The position numbers and the translations under genes are program-made. From an uncultured Spirochaetota bacterium (lineage in GTDB: Bacteria; Spirochaetota; Spirochaetia; SZUA-6; CAVTHK01), in assembly GCA_963734495.1 (NCBI GenBank), contig CAVTHK010000016.1, positions 256,001 through 320,000 on the forward strand: a stretch of 64,000 nt of DNA. The letters are read 5' to 3'. Under the pieces are notes generated by a model. That model was not told the DNA's origin and searched no databases. It saw nothing but the letters and a program-made list of their open reading frames with translations. Below, one piece after another: positions 9,913-18,772 of the stretch (position 1 is its first letter; the number at the start of each line of letters is the position of its first letter).

Positions 9913-10980
9913 GTGGCCGATACCGTCACCTATCGGCAGGCCGTCACCACGATGATCACATACATCGGGATGGACCCTGCGATCTACTGGCGCGCACGCG
10001 AAGGCACGTTAGGCGAGCGAATAGGCTTGGGCCCTAGGCTGAGGGTCGACCGGCGCCAAGCTGCACGTCTTGTCGAGGTACTCCGGCAATATGTCTCTGA
10101 CGTTGAGTCGGGGCGGCTGGCCGTTGCGGGGGGAGCCCACCTGCTGGAGAAATACGTCTTCCTCGGAGAGTACGAGAAAGCGCTGGGGTTGGCCAGAGAC
10201 GATCGTGTTTTCGACATCCGGATGGCGATGAAACGACCGCTGGGCTTGGACATAGAGGGCCACGAATGCGCGACCATGTTCAGAGCGCATTCTGGCGCGT
10301 GGCAAGTGGATCTGAACGACGACGATTTCCAAGCGTTTATTGACATACAGGTGGCCTCATGGCGTGAGTTGGCCGGCGGGAACTTCATAGCTTTCGAAGA
10401 GAAGTGGCTCTACAGGACTATCGATTCCAGGCCAAAGCAAGTAGCTGAATACGTGACCCTCGTCCCGCCGATCGAGGGGTTGGTCGGCAGGAGAGGAAAC
10501 ACGATGGTTCTCCGATACTACGACCACATGGAACAGTGCTTGTCCGAGCTCGGCGTTTCGCGACTGGCGGAGACTGTCCGACAGTTTGCGAACGCGCAGC
10601 GGACAAGAAAGGGTCTCCCGCGGATAGGCGAAGGCTGGGTGTCGGAGACCGCACTCTATCAGTCCATCAAAGCGAGATTCCCGGCTCTGAAGATCGTGCA
10701 GCACGCTCGGCCTATGTGGCTTGAACCGCAGCACATAGATGTGTTCTTGCCCGAGATAGAGTTGGCGGTCGAGTATCAGGGCAAGCAGCAGCACGATCAA
10801 CCTCTGAAGTACTTTGGCGGCAAGAAAGCACATGCAGCGCAGCGGAAGCGAGATGCCCGCAAGAAATCTCTTTGTCAAGAACACGGCGTCCTACTGCTCG
10901 AAGTTGTTCCCTACTACGACTTCGAACAAGTAGCCGCGCAAATCGCGGACAGAATCCGTACGCACGGAATCGTCAAGTAG
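9913..10980 (+). CDS. hypothetical protein with C-terminal PD-(D/E)XK/DUF559-like nuclease domain
   Basis: WVSETALY...QHIDVFLPEIELAVEYQGKQQH...RDARKKSLCQEHGVLLLEV (D...ExxG.xH, RDxxK motifs). Confidence 0.65.
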   Translation: MADTVTYRQAVTTMITYIGMDPAIYWRAREGTLGERIGLGPRLRVDRRQAARLVEVLRQYVSDVESGRLAVAGGAHLLEKYVFLGEYEKALGLARDDRVFDIRMAMKRPLGLDIEGHECATMFRAHSGAWQVDLNDDDFQAFIDIQVASWRELAGGNFIAFEEKWLYRTIDSRPKQVAEYVTLVPPIEGLVGRRGNTMVLRYYDHMEQCLSELGVSRLAETVRQFANAQRTRKGLPRIGEGWVSETALYQSIKARFPALKIVQHARPMWLEPQHIDVFLPEIELAVEYQGKQQHDQPLKYFGGKKAHAAQRKRDARKKSLCQEHGVLLLEVVPYYDFEQVAAQIADRIRTHGIVK

Positions 10981-11099
10981 GCTCACAACCCCTCTTCATT
11001 CTTGCGTTTCAGTCGAGACCATCATCGTCCTGCCCTAGACGCGTTTGCTGGTGATCCACACGATGGCTTAGAATGGGCGCGAGAGAGGTGGAGATAACA

Positions 11100-12881
11100 A
11101 TGAGGCGAAGACTGGCAGCCCTCACGCTACTTCTGGTGGCCAGCGCTCTCTCTGGCGGGCCCGTGGAGGACGCCCAAGCCGCCTACGACCTGGGCGACTA
11201 CGCTGCCGCGATGCAGTTGTGCCTCCCACTCGCCGAGAAAGGCAACGCTGAAGCTCAGTACAACGTCGGCCGTATGTACTTCAAAGGCGAGGGCGTGGCC
11301 CAAGAGTACGCCGAGGCGAAGAAGTGGTGGCTCCAGGCTGCCACCCAGGGGCTCCCGATTGCCCAGTACTGCCTGGGCTTGATGTACGCTGACGGTCAAG
11401 GCGTGGCCCAAGACTACCTCACGGCTGCGTTTTGGTTTCGCGGTGCAGCCAATCAAGGTAACGTGCACGCGCAGGCGGCACTTGGCTATCTCTACTACAA
11501 CGGGTTGGGTCTCGCTTGCGACTATGTCGAGGCCGCGAAATGGTACCGCAAAGCTGCAGAACAGGGCGTTGCGACAGCGCAGAGCGACCTCGGGCTTATG
11601 TACGAACTCGGACGGGGTGTGTCTCAGGACTACACCGAGGCGGTCAAATGGTACCGCAAGGCGGCCGAACAGGGAGAAGCATTTGGGCAACTACGGCTCG
11701 GCCTGATGTACTACGAGGGCCGGGGCGGCGTGCCTCGCCTCTACACTGAAGCCGCAAGGTTGTACAAACTCTCCGCCGAGCAGGGCAATCCATTTGCCCA
11801 ACTTAACCTCGCGTGGAGCTACCTTGACGGCAAGGGCGTACCCCAGAACCGGTCCGAAGGAATAAGGTCGTACGAGTTGGCGACCCAGCAAGACTGGCTA
11901 TTGGCTTCTTTCGCCCAAACGAGCCTTGGCAATATCTACGCCAAGGCGAGTGATTATGCCAACGCGATAAGGTGTTACAACCTGGCCGCTGATCGAGGCT
12001 GGGGGGAGGCCCAACTCAATCTGGGTGATATCTACGCCGAAGGCAGAGGCGTTCCGCAGGACCTTGCTGAAGCCCACAAATGGTACAACTTGGCGGCGGC
12101 TTCAAATTACTTTGGGGCGGCTGCGCGCCGAGATGGCATTGCCGCAAAGATGACTCAGGAACAACTGGCTGAGGCCGAGAAACGCGCACTGGTGTGGAAG
12201 CCGTGGACGCATACGGTCAATATCACGGTCGCCACCGATGCGACGTGGCCGCCGATGGAATTCGTCAACGGCGCTAAGGAGATCGTCGGCTTCGACATCG
12301 ACCTGATGAAGGCCGCGGCCAAGGCGGGCGGCTTCCAGGTGGAGTTCAAGAACACGGCGTGGGACGGCATCTTTGCCGGTCTCGCCAACGGCGAGTACGA
12401 CGCGGTGATCTCTTCGGTGACCATCACCGAAGAGCGTAAGCAGACGATGGACTTCTCGGTTCCGTACATCAACGCGGGGCAGGTGCTCGTGGTGCGCTCG
12501 GACTCCAGAGCGGCGAAGCTCGCCAACCTCACCGGTAAGAACGTCGGCGCCCAAATCGGCACCACCGGGGCCGTCGAGGTCGAGAAGGTCAAGGGCGTGA
12601 CGCTCAAGACCTATGACGAGCTCGGGCTGGCCATCGAGGACCTCTCGACCGCGCGCATCGACGCCGTGGTCTGCGACAGCCCGATCGCGGCGAACTACGT
12701 CCTTCAGAACCCGACCTACAGGGGCAGGCTCAAAATCGTCGGTCAGCCGTTCACGCAGGAGCTCTACGGTGTTGCGGTCAGGAAGGGAAACACCAAGGCG
12801 CTCGAGGAGATCAATGCTGGCCTGAGGAAGGTGCTCGAGTCTCCCGAGTATCAGCGGATCAAGACAAAGTGGCTCCCGTGA
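11100..12881 (+). CDS. exported Sel1-repeat protein fused in frame to a basic amino acid ABC substrate-binding domain
   Basis: Signal peptide MRRRLAALTLLLVASALS; repeated AQxxLGxMYxxGxGVxQD..EAxKWYRKAAEQG; then VATDATWPPMEF, GFDIDL, WDGIFAGL, VGAQIGTTG. Confidence 0.85.
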   Translation: MRRRLAALTLLLVASALSGGPVEDAQAAYDLGDYAAAMQLCLPLAEKGNAEAQYNVGRMYFKGEGVAQEYAEAKKWWLQAATQGLPIAQYCLGLMYADGQGVAQDYLTAAFWFRGAANQGNVHAQAALGYLYYNGLGLACDYVEAAKWYRKAAEQGVATAQSDLGLMYELGRGVSQDYTEAVKWYRKAAEQGEAFGQLRLGLMYYEGRGGVPRLYTEAARLYKLSAEQGNPFAQLNLAWSYLDGKGVPQNRSEGIRSYELATQQDWLLASFAQTSLGNIYAKASDYANAIRCYNLAADRGWGEAQLNLGDIYAEGRGVPQDLAEAHKWYNLAAASNYFGAAARRDGIAAKMTQEQLAEAEKRALVWKPWTHTVNITVATDATWPPMEFVNGAKEIVGFDIDLMKAAAKAGGFQVEFKNTAWDGIFAGLANGEYDAVISSVTITEERKQTMDFSVPYINAGQVLVVRSDSRAAKLANLTGKNVGAQIGTTGAVEVEKVKGVTLKTYDELGLAIEDLSTARIDAVVCDSPIAANYVLQNPTYRGRLKIVGQPFTQELYGVAVRKGNTKALEEINAGLRKVLESPEYQRIKTKWLP

Positions 12882-13012
12882 AGGCCGGACCCGTCCTCGC
12901 CGGGACCGGAAGCCTGTTCGATGTGCTGCGCCCGTGTCGCTATGCCGCAGGCGGGGCAGTTTTCTCCGATTTGTGGGGGAATCTGATGCCTCCGCCTCCG
13001 CGCCGTGTGTCT

Positions 13013-13303
13013 TCACGGCTGCGGCCCTGACCGCCTGAATTCGCCGGGCCTGCTCCTCGGTCCGAGGGCCGCCCGTTGGGCCGCAGCTCCATGCTCTTTC
13101 GGTGTCAGCGCCCCGTAGCGAAGCCCGAGCGCGAGCTCCGTGTAGCGAGCGGCGACGGCCAGACGCTTGGCCCTCGACAGCCGGCACCGGCGCTCTGGAT
13201 CGTCGGGATGGGCCTCGAGCGGCTCCTGGTAGCCCGGGTGCAGCGGGCAGTTGTTGACCGCGCAAGTCTTGAACCGCGGGCAGGCTTCGGATAGTTGAGT
13301 CAC
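13013..13303 (-). CDS. small Cys-containing hypothetical protein (MGE-like)
   Basis: GAGG RBS and GTG start overlapping the upstream stop (GTGA); CPRFKTCAVNNCPLHP...C motif. Confidence 0.5.
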   Translation of the reverse strand: MTQLSEACPRFKTCAVNNCPLHPGYQEPLEAHPDDPERRCRLSRAKRLAVAARYTELALGLRYGALTPKEHGAAAQRAALGPRSRPGEFRRSGPQP

Positions 13304-13460
13304 TCGTTAACCTCTGTCTTCTCGAGCAGGCCGGTCACGGCGCAGCGGAGGGACACGCCCTGCTCGGCGCAGGCTCGCTCGAGCGCCTCGCCGAGTTCGG
13401 GCGGGAGGTTGAGGTTCACGATGGGATCCGTCCTTGCGCTTTCCGCCAAGGGAACGTCGA
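13300..13460 (-). CDS. small ribbon-helix-helix/CopG-like DNA-binding protein (start uncertain)
   Basis: IVNLNLPPELGEALERACAEQGVSLRCAVTGLL matches the RHH beta-helix-helix pattern; coupled to the downstream ORF. Confidence 0.45.
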
Positions 13461-13537
13461 CCAGGTCGCCGGCGGCCTCCACGGCTCGGCGAACGGCACC
13501 CGGCGTCAAGAGATTTGAGCATCCGAGCCGAATTGTC

Positions 13538-13567
13538 CGCTGTTGTGCGCTGTTGCGCGCTGTTGCG
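13538..13567 (+). repeat. three tandem 10-bp direct repeats CGCTGTTG(T/C)G
   Basis: cgctgttgtg-cgctgttgcg-cgctgttgcg read directly. Confidence 0.8.
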
Positions 13568-13914
13568 CCGTGGGTTCGCTCGTACGATGATGCCCGCACA
13601 GCGGTGTCGTTCCCCTGAAACTGCGCGGCTCCTGTTGCGGCGGGGCTGCGGTCGGGCCAGCGAAGGGTCGCCTGGGGCCCTTCCTCGTGCCGACCCCAGC
13701 GAGGACGACTCAGGGCAAAAGGGAGGCCCATGGCAGGCGCACTCGCTTGCCACGGTACACAGCGATGGGCAGGTGGAGTGCTGCCCGACGCTCCCCGCAC
13801 CCGAGCTGATTATATGAAGACGCTGCGCCCCTGAAGACTGAGAGCAGCTTGCCGGTCACGCTGGTGAACCGCGATAATCTTCCGTGACTCCGCAGCAACT
13901 CTCGGGGGACAACC

Positions 13915-14277
13915 ATGGCAACGTTGGTGGAACGCGCAACAGTCATCCTGGCGGCCGGCAACATGCCGAAGAGGATCGAGGAGCTCGTCGGGCGCGTCAA
14001 CACTGGGACAGGCGACCTTAGCATCGCGCACATGCGCAGCCCGTCCGGATGGGTCGAGCCGGGACAGACGCCCGAGTTCGCGGAATACTCGGTCGTGCTT
14101 GCGGGCACCCTGCGGGTGACGACGCGCCAAGGTGTCGTCGACGTCCGCGAAGGGCAGGCGGTGATGGTGTCGGCGGGAGAGTGGGTTCAGTACAGCACTC
14201 CGTTTCCTTCCGGAGCTGACTACCTGTCTGTCTGCATCCCCGCGTTCTCGCCGGAATCGGTGCACCGGGACGCGTGA
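13915..14277 (+). CDS. cupin domain protein
   Basis: PGQTPEFAEYSVVLAGTLRV, GEWVQYSTP, YLSVCIPAFSP. Confidence 0.85.
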   Translation: MATLVERATVILAAGNMPKRIEELVGRVNTGTGDLSIAHMRSPSGWVEPGQTPEFAEYSVVLAGTLRVTTRQGVVDVREGQAVMVSAGEWVQYSTPFPSGADYLSVCIPAFSPESVHRDA

Positions 14278-14409
14278 GGCATGCGGTCACCGCCTGCCGC
14301 CCGCAACGCCCGCGCCCGCTGCGTTCCCCGCAAGAAGGTCGAATCGCGCTGGCCCAAGTAGTGGCCCGAAAACATCAGGGCCGGGCGGCTCAATCGAGGA
14401 GGCAGTCGC

Positions 14410-15495
14410 ATGGAAGCCGATGTCTACCGTGATCTGGCCGAGCACCTCGATCGCCTTGGAGGCCTGCCTCCGAGCGAGACCGGGGCGGAGATCCCGATGC
14501 TCCGGGCCTTGTTCACGCCCGAGGAGGCCGCCCTGGCGATCAGGCTGACGCCGAGGCCGGAAACGGCGGCCGCCATCGCGGGCAGGACCGGGATCGACGC
14601 CGCGGCGGTCGAAACGAGCCTGGAGGCCATGGCGCAGAAGGGACTCGTCTTCGACGTTCGTCCGGCAGCGGGGGCGCCCCTGTACCAGGCCGTGCCGTGG
14701 GTCGTCGGCGTATGGGAGTTCCAAGTCGATAACCTGAGCAAGCGGCTGGTCGACCTGGTCGCAGAGTACAACAGGACCAGGCCGAAGGGCGCCCGGCCGC
14801 CAACAGCCGGCCAGATGCGGGTGATCCCTTCGGTAGCCAGCGTCGAGATCCGGCCCGTCGCGCTCCCTTACGAGATGGCGGACAAACTGGTGGAAGCGCA
14901 CACCCGATTCGCCGTGGCGCCCTGCATATGCCGCCGCAGGGCCAGGCTGCAGGGGCAGGGCTGCGACGTTCCGGACGAGTCGTGCCTGCTCTTCGGCGAG
15001 TTTGCCGATTTCTATGTCCGCACCGGCCGAGCGAGACCGCAAACCCGCGAACAGATCATGGAGCGCCTGAGGCGGGCAGACGAGTCGAACCTCGTTCTCT
15101 CGCCGAGCAACTCGAAACGCATCTCGTTCATCTGCTGCTGCTGCGGGTGCTGCTGCGGAGTGCTGCGCAGCCTCCGCCTTCGGCCTGATCCCGGCGACCT
15201 CATCGGCAGCCCGTTCATTGCCGCGCTCTCGGTCGACGACTGCACCGGATGCCTGACCTGTGTCGACCGGTGTCAGATGAAGGCTCTCGCCGCGGAAGCC
15301 GACAAAGTCAGGCTCGACCGCCGGCGATGCATCGGCTGCGGGCTCTGCGCGTCGACCTGTCCCGCGGACGCCCTGCATCTGGAGCGTCGCCGGCTGTCGA
15401 CGCCTGCGGAAATGCCGGCCGACCTCGCTGAGACATGGCTGCAAGCCGCGCAGGCACACGGCTGGAAGGCGCAGGCCCGACAGGAGACGCCATGA
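14410..15495 (+). CDS. 4Fe-4S dicluster-binding protein with N-terminal winged helix
   Basis: CICR, ICCCCGCCCG, CTGCLTCVDRC, CIGCGLCASTCP; GGAGG RBS. Confidence 0.85.
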   Translation: MEADVYRDLAEHLDRLGGLPPSETGAEIPMLRALFTPEEAALAIRLTPRPETAAAIAGRTGIDAAAVETSLEAMAQKGLVFDVRPAAGAPLYQAVPWVVGVWEFQVDNLSKRLVDLVAEYNRTRPKGARPPTAGQMRVIPSVASVEIRPVALPYEMADKLVEAHTRFAVAPCICRRRARLQGQGCDVPDESCLLFGEFADFYVRTGRARPQTREQIMERLRRADESNLVLSPSNSKRISFICCCCGCCCGVLRSLRLRPDPGDLIGSPFIAALSVDDCTGCLTCVDRCQMKALAAEADKVRLDRRRCIGCGLCASTCPADALHLERRRLSTPAEMPADLAETWLQAAQAHGWKAQARQETP

Positions 15496-16262
15496 GGTAC
15501 ATCGATCCGCTCGTCATCATGCGCGCTCGGGCGCAGGGCGCGGCGCTCCCATCCTGGCAGGCCGCCGTGATCGTGTTCCACGGCCGGGCACGGTCGCGGG
15601 CCATCGTGGAGCGACTCGGCGGACGCCCAATGACCCACACTGTCTTCGCCGGCCTGGAGCCCTCCGAGGTGCTGAGCACGACTTGCGGCGGCCGACCCGT
15701 GGGAATCCTTTGCAGTGTCGGCCGCCAGGCGGGCGGCGGGCCTCTCGCGGCGGCGCTCGTCGAGGAGCTCTCGTCTATCGGAGTCCGATGGATCCTGGGG
15801 CTGGGATGCGCCGGTTCGATCGACCCGTCCGTTCACCGCGGGTCTCAGTTCGTCATAGCGACGGCCCTCGCAACGGACGGCACGAGCCGAAGCTACCTCG
15901 GTACGGCCGCCGCAGCGACGCCGGACGAGACCATGCTGCAGGCCGCGGCCGCGATCGAGAAGCGGCGCGGCCGCCCGATACCGAGGCTCACTGCCGCGAC
16001 GGTCGACGCAATCTACCGCGAGACTCCGGAAGCCGTAGCCCGCTGGCGCGGAGCCGGCGCGCACATCATCAATATGGAGGCCGCGCCGCTCTATGCGGCC
16101 GCACAGGTCTGCGGTGCGCGTGCCCTCTACGTCGGGCATGTGAGCGACGAGCTGCACGGGCCCGAATGGAACGCCTGGTTCGGCGGCGACCGGGGCCCGA
16201 TGGCCGCGGAGAGCGCGGACATCGCCGCCGGCATCCTCGCGGAGGTGCTGGCCGGCGGATAG
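15492..16262 (+). CDS. nucleoside phosphorylase (PNP/UDP family)
   Basis: LVEEL..IG, LGCAGSI, DGTSRSY, TVDAIYRET, INMEAAPLY, VSD; ATGA overlap with upstream gene. Confidence 0.8.
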   Translation: MRYIDPLVIMRARAQGAALPSWQAAVIVFHGRARSRAIVERLGGRPMTHTVFAGLEPSEVLSTTCGGRPVGILCSVGRQAGGGPLAAALVEELSSIGVRWILGLGCAGSIDPSVHRGSQFVIATALATDGTSRSYLGTAAAATPDETMLQAAAAIEKRRGRPIPRLTAATVDAIYRETPEAVARWRGAGAHIINMEAAPLYAAAQVCGARALYVGHVSDELHGPEWNAWFGGDRGPMAAESADIAAGILAEVLAGG

Positions 16263-16388
16263 CTGCTTGCCGTCGTCCCGCCGCAGGGTCATACTTTCCG
16301 CGTGATCGCGGCGAGACAGGGGGGCCATGACGGGTGAGTCGCTGCGCCGGCCGAGGGTCGTGGCGGCCCCGCGGCAAGGAGATGACGC

Positions 16389-16784
16389 ATGATGCTCGAG
16401 AAGACCGCGCACACGTTCGAGGTGCTGGATCTGCGATGCAGCAGGTGCGGGAAGAGCTTCCGGCACTACAGGCCGGAAGCGGAGATGGAGCACTGCGACT
16501 CGACGGTGTGCATATGCACCGGGTGCGGCAGGCTGTACTGCCTCAGCCTGTGGGAAGACGGCCCAACGCACCAGGTACTCAGGTCGATCCGCCGCGATTG
16601 CGGCGGCCGCCTCGAAGCGGAAGCCTCCATGATCGCGAAGCTGCTCCCTCGCTGCGGCTGCGGGGCTCCGATCGCGGTCTATGGCGAGCTGTGTCCTTCG
16701 TGCGGATCGCACAACCACGTGACCATGGGGGTGACCATGGAAACGCACGACGTCTCGCCCCTCAGCCTCGCCGGGGGCGCGTGA
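16389..16784 (+). CDS. Cys-rich zinc-ribbon hypothetical protein
   Basis: CSRC, CICTGC, CGCG, CPSC pairs; AAGGAG RBS. Confidence 0.6.
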   Translation: MMLEKTAHTFEVLDLRCSRCGKSFRHYRPEAEMEHCDSTVCICTGCGRLYCLSLWEDGPTHQVLRSIRRDCGGRLEAEASMIAKLLPRCGCGAPIAVYGELCPSCGSHNHVTMGVTMETHDVSPLSLAGGA

Positions 16785-17302
16785 CGCGGGCATCCATGCG
16801 CACGATCCGCTCTCGCGTCGCCCTGGTCATCCTGGTGGCCGCTGCGACGTTTGCCTCCGACCAGGCTGCCAAGCATCTTGCCCGCGCATACCTGCGCGGG
16901 GCGGGGACGGTGAGGGTCGTCGGCGACCTGCTCATCATGACGTACGCCGAGAACGACGGAGCGTTCCTCAGCCTGGGGCACGGCTGGCCGCAGCCCCTCA
17001 AGCTCGTCGTCTTCTCGGGCCTCTCGGCGATCGTGGTGACGGCCGCTTTCGCGTGGGCCGCGGCAAACCAGCGCCTGGATCCCCTTCAGGTCTTTGCGTT
17101 GTCCCTGATCGCCGGAGGCGGGCTTGGCAACCTGGTGGACCGGGTAACACACGGCGGCCGCGTCACGGACTTCCTGAATGTCGGAGTGGGGATATTGCGA
17201 TCGGGGGTGTTCAACCTCGCGGACATGTACCTGCTCGCGGGAATGGTCCTCATTCTCCTTGCGAGCGGAAAGTCGCGAGGGTCAATCAGGCGAGGATGTT
17301 GA
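16781..17302 (+). CDS. lspA: signal peptidase II (lipoprotein signal peptidase)
   Basis: DQAAK, ENDGAFLS, GGGLGNLVDR, VTDFL, VFNLAD motifs; start GTG 16781 or ATG 16796. Confidence 0.9.
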   Translation: MTRASMRTIRSRVALVILVAAATFASDQAAKHLARAYLRGAGTVRVVGDLLIMTYAENDGAFLSLGHGWPQPLKLVVFSGLSAIVVTAAFAWAAANQRLDPLQVFALSLIAGGGLGNLVDRVTHGGRVTDFLNVGVGILRSGVFNLADMYLLAGMVLILLASGKSRGSIRRGC

Positions 17303-17480
17303 CAATCGTGCCCATCTCGGGCGGGAACGCACCCTGCTGTTGCTGCTGCTGCCAGGCCCAGAGGGCCCCGGTCTGCGTGTTGTTGCCCTGGCCGTTGACC
17401 GGCTCGGAATCCCGGAACGTCTGCAGCGGGGTCGGGTTCAGGACGTACCGGCTCGCCATGCTGTTGGTGTCGATCGTCAT
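17286..17480 (-). CDS. small hypothetical protein with poly-Gln and YjfB-like C-terminus
   Basis: 64 aa ORF ending PPEMGTIVNILA; host-like codon usage. Confidence 0.4.
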   Translation of the reverse strand: MTIDTNSMASRYVLNPTPLQTFRDSEPVNGQGNNTQTGALWAWQQQQQQGAFPPEMGTIVNILA

Positions 17481-17574
17481 GGGAACAATGTACCCATCGG
17501 GCCGTTCGGCGGCAAGGCGGCCTATCGCACGCTAGGGCGCACGAACAGGCGCCCGGGGAAGGCAGACGGGCCTT

Positions 17575-18141
17575 TCAGCCCAGGGTCACGAGAGCCCGAG
17601 GAAGATTGTTGAATATGAAGTCGACCGTCTCCGCCTCCGTCAAGCCCGAGCTGTCTACCCAGAGACCGACATGGGGGGTCTCCGTCCGGAGGACGCGGTC
17701 GAAGCTCGCGATCGCGTCGGGGCTGCCATAGCCCTTCTTGTTCCGAGCCCCTTCCCGCGAGGCGATCGACTCGGCGGACGGGCACAGCACCACAACGTGC
17801 GGGCGCCGGCCCTCGTAGAGCGCGAGCACCTCGCTGAGCCCGCTGCCTATGATGATGTCCTGGTAGACGACGGAAAAGCCCGCGTCGAGGTAGAGCCCCG
17901 CGACCGTCGCGGCCGCCCGGTAGCGAAGGCGCAGCTGCGCGACCGCTTCGTCGGAGAGCTCGAACCCCATCTCCGCCCTGCCGCGGACGATCATCCTCCG
18001 GAAGACGTCGCCTCGCAGGTGCACGCTTCGCGGGATACGCTCTGCGACCAGTTGGGCAACCGTGGACTTGCCCGCTGCCATGATTCCCGTGATCAGGATC
18101 AGCTTCGGCGCCCCGGCCTCCGGGGCGCCTTTTGTTTCCAT
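17575..18141 (-). CDS. AAA/P-loop kinase (phosphotransferase-like)
   Basis: ILITGIMAAGKST Walker A, HLRGDVFRR; ATG 18141. Confidence 0.8.
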   Translation of the reverse strand: METKGAPEAGAPKLILITGIMAAGKSTVAQLVAERIPRSVHLRGDVFRRMIVRGRAEMGFELSDEAVAQLRLRYRAAATVAGLYLDAGFSVVYQDIIIGSGLSEVLALYEGRRPHVVVLCPSAESIASREGARNKKGYGSPDAIASFDRVLRTETPHVGLWVDSSGLTEAETVDFIFNNLPRALVTLG

Positions 18142-18251
18142 GGCCGCCATCTTAGGCGAGGCGGCCGTCGCGCGCAATCGCGGGCAGCGTTTCGGAATGT
18201 GTCGGGATGCCCGCGATTGACACGGACGGCTCCCGCGGGTACGCCGTTCGC

Positions 18252-18710
18252 ATGCGCAGGACCGAAAAGATGATCGGCGACCCCGCCCGCGTCGAGCGCC
18301 TGCTCGAGCAGGCCGGCGTTTGCCGGATCGCCTGGAACGGGAGGCCGTTCCCCTATGTCGTGCCCGTCAACTTCGCCTGCAGGGGCCGCACGCTCTACTT
18401 CCATTCGGCGCTGGAGGGCGAGAAGCTCGATCGCCTGCGCGAGGACCCGCACGTCTGCGTCGAGGTCGACGAGCAGCTCTCCATCCGGCCGGGCGACGCA
18501 CCGTGCTCCTGGAGCGCGCGCTACCGCAGCGTGATCGCCCGCGGGACGGCATCGCTCGTGCGCGACCCCGCCGAAAAGGCAGCCGCGCTCGAGCTGCTGC
18601 TGCACAAGTACTCCGGCCGGCCCGGCTGGTCCGTTCCGGCCGCCTCGCTGGACACGGTTGCCGTCGTGGCCATCGACCTGGGCGAGCTCACGGGCAAGGA
18701 ATCGCTGTAG
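18252..18710 (+). CDS. pyridoxamine 5'-phosphate oxidase family flavin-binding protein (NimA-like)
   Basis: MRRTEK start, PYVVPVNF, YFHSALEGEK, YRSVIARG, LTGK. Confidence 0.85.
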   Translation: MRRTEKMIGDPARVERLLEQAGVCRIAWNGRPFPYVVPVNFACRGRTLYFHSALEGEKLDRLREDPHVCVEVDEQLSIRPGDAPCSWSARYRSVIARGTASLVRDPAEKAAALELLLHKYSGRPGWSVPAASLDTVAVVAIDLGELTGKESL

Positions 18711-18772
18711 AGCGGGGCTTGCGAGACGCGCGCTTGTCGAGTCGATCGCGGGCGTGATAATCTCGCCTCACC

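Noticed and set aside
11200-12100. Periodic nucleotide similarity as a CRISPR array or tandem repeat
   Set aside because: Explained by coding Sel1 repeats; no identical repeat-spacer structure seen anywhere in the window
15130-15160. TGC-rich run as a microsatellite
   Set aside because: It encodes the CCCCGCCCG Fe-S ligand cluster typical of this protein family
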